64,000 nucleotides of DNA from an uncultured Chitinophaga sp. (lineage in GTDB: Bacteria > Bacteroidota > Bacteroidia > UKL13-3): the NCBI GenBank assembly GCA_964355075.1, contig CAYHCF010000002.1, positions 16,480 to 80,479 on the forward strand, given 5' to 3'. A model generated the notes under the pieces. It was not told the DNA's origin and did not search any database. It saw nothing but the letters and a program-made list of their open reading frames with translations. Position numbers and translations under genes: made by a program. Shown here piece by piece: positions 62,876 to 64,000 of this stretch; position 1 is the first letter of the stretch; each line of letters opens with the position of its first letter.

Positions 62876-62903
62876 AGAGCCTGCCTTTTACAAGGCAGGC
62901 TCT
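62876..62903. terminator. Bidirectional rho-independent terminator
   Basis: 12-bp stem agagcctgcctt / aaggcaggctct with loop ttac. A-run upstream and T-run downstream; lies 39 nt beyond the end of the minus-strand CDS. Confidence 0.7.
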
Positions 62904-62941
62904 TTTATTAATTTTTTGCTAACAATTAAAAGCCTAAGCTA

Positions 62942-64000
62942 TTATATGGGACATTTTGTCAAAGTAATTGTAATTGGGTATCCTCCGGCAATTCCCATAG
63001 CTGTTGCATTGTATGGTTCAGAAACATAGTCTTCTCTGCTGTTTTCGTAATAAACTGAAAATCGATATTTTTCACCCTCTACAAATGTTCCACTCCCAAA
63101 ACTCATTTTGTTATAACTTTTGTTATTATCAATAATCGCCTGAACGGTGGTTTTACTCCATGTTTTTCCCGCGTATGTATTATCACCCGGGTCTATTCTA
63201 TGTGATAGTTTATTGCCATTTGTAGGAACAATAGTATTTTGGAAATCAGTTTCTTTGATATAATATACCTGATAGTTATTAGGCAACAATACCTGACTTC
63301 CATTGGAACATTTTAACAAAAGGTTAAAAATAATGTTGGGCTTATTGTTTGCCCCAACGCTTGTGTTTATTGTTGAATTACAGAGAACTCCGCAAGTACC
63401 ACCAGAGCGATTCATTGGGTCATCTTCGTTAGACATATTTTCTGTATAATAATAATATTGTAAATTTTGAACAGGAATAAAGTCCGTTACGTATTTGTAA
63501 TTTGTTGTATTCGCAGGAACGCTGAAGTCATAACTGTTTAAATGGCCATTTTGATAACAATGACTAAAATTTGTTCCTTTGTTAAGTACCCCAAAACTAA
63601 TACTTACCGCATTTGCGGTAGTATTTGAAAAATTTAATACCAGCGGCAATCCGCAAGGGTTTAGAAAGTTAGATGCCGACCAGGCACTCAGGTGATTTAC
63701 CTTCATAATAGCCTCTAATTTGTTGGTGATAGCATTTTTAACAACTGTGGTAGTACTTTCTTTTACCCAGGTGTTTTGGCCCTCACTACGACTAAAAACA
63801 CCTAAAACATCTCCAACTTTGTAAATTGTTCCTGTTTCGGGGTTTAGCATAGAATCACTAATTTCCATGGCTACATCGATGGGTTGAGAAAAAGATGATA
63901 CTGCATTGCCCCCGGCACTCATATTTATATTTACCCAGCCAACAGGTACAAAGGCCCCGCCCGGCAATGTGTTTCCTGCAGCGTCCTTAACCTGACTTAC
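62942..64000 (-). CDS. Hypothetical secreted/surface protein (N-terminus runs off the window)
   Basis: The open frame continues past the tracked Met at 63967 to the window edge. Asn/Thr/Ser-rich with no recognisable family. Confidence 0.4.
   Translation of the reverse strand, partial: VSQVKDAAGNTLPGGAFVPVGWVNINMSAGGNAVSSFSQPIDVAMEISDSMLNPETGTIYKVGDVLGVFSRSEGQNTWVKESTTTVVKNAITNKLEAIMKVNHLSAWSASNFLNPCGLPLVLNFSNTTANAVSISFGVLNKGTNFSHCYQNGHLNSYDFSVPANTTNYKYVTDFIPVQNLQYYYYTENMSNEDDPMNRSGGTCGVLCNSTINTSVGANNKPNIIFNLLLKCSNGSQVLLPNNYQVYYIKETDFQNTIVPTNGNKLSHRIDPGDNTYAGKTWSKTTVQAIIDNNKSYNKMSFGSGTFVEGEKYRFSVYYENSREDYVSEPYNATAMGIAGGYPITITLTKCPI

Overview
AT-rich bacterial chromosomal segment with Bacteroidota hallmarks: two proteins end in the gliding-motility (T9SS type-B) C-terminal domain, one has a type-A Por secretion tail, and there is a three-gene sdhCAB and ORF6N genes. 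All calls come from reading the six-frame translations and the DNA by eye; no search was run. Region 1-19 kb is housekeeping (cyclophilin, M23 peptidase, FtsX-type permease, pyrD, sdhCAB, ribE, S1/CvfB) plus two very large surface proteins. Region 19.2-41.2 kb is a same-strand island of about 22 kb. It reads as a complete ATP-dependent (class I, Thauera-type) benzoyl-CoA dearomatisation and ring-cleavage pathway: bcrC-B-A-D-like genes, a thiolase, had-oah-dch-like genes and a fused 3-hydroxyacyl-CoA dehydrogenase/enoyl-CoA hydratase. The island also has unusual extras: a 1441-aa double-activase fusion protein, an ADP-forming acyl-CoA synthetase, and an orphan module made of a single-subunit dehydratase/BCR-family protein, a small Cys-rich ORF and a ketopantoate-reductase-like::activase fusion. 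Region 42.6-48.6 kb encodes a molybdenum hydroxylase set (MocA, XdhC, SDR, fused 2Fe-2S+Mo subunit, FAD subunit). The FAD subunit carries a Cys-rich insertion like that of 4-hydroxybenzoyl-CoA reductase. Region 48.7-64 kb holds hemerythrin-like, GNAT, tandem ORF6N, trxB, parC, a 1.3k-aa T9SS cargo protein, a MazEF-type toxin-antitoxin pair, a Uma2 nuclease, an AAA/DUF4143 ATPase and decayed duplicates of the toxin and nuclease genes. Notable non-coding content is a family of composite repeats built from tandem heptanucleotide arrays flanking palindromic cores; one heptamer array sits in frame inside the Mo-enzyme gene. Paired Crp/Fnr-type palindromes with identical 22-bp spacing lie upstream of the two first operons of the aromatic island. 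I recognised no rRNA, tRNA, CRISPR array, transposase or integrase.
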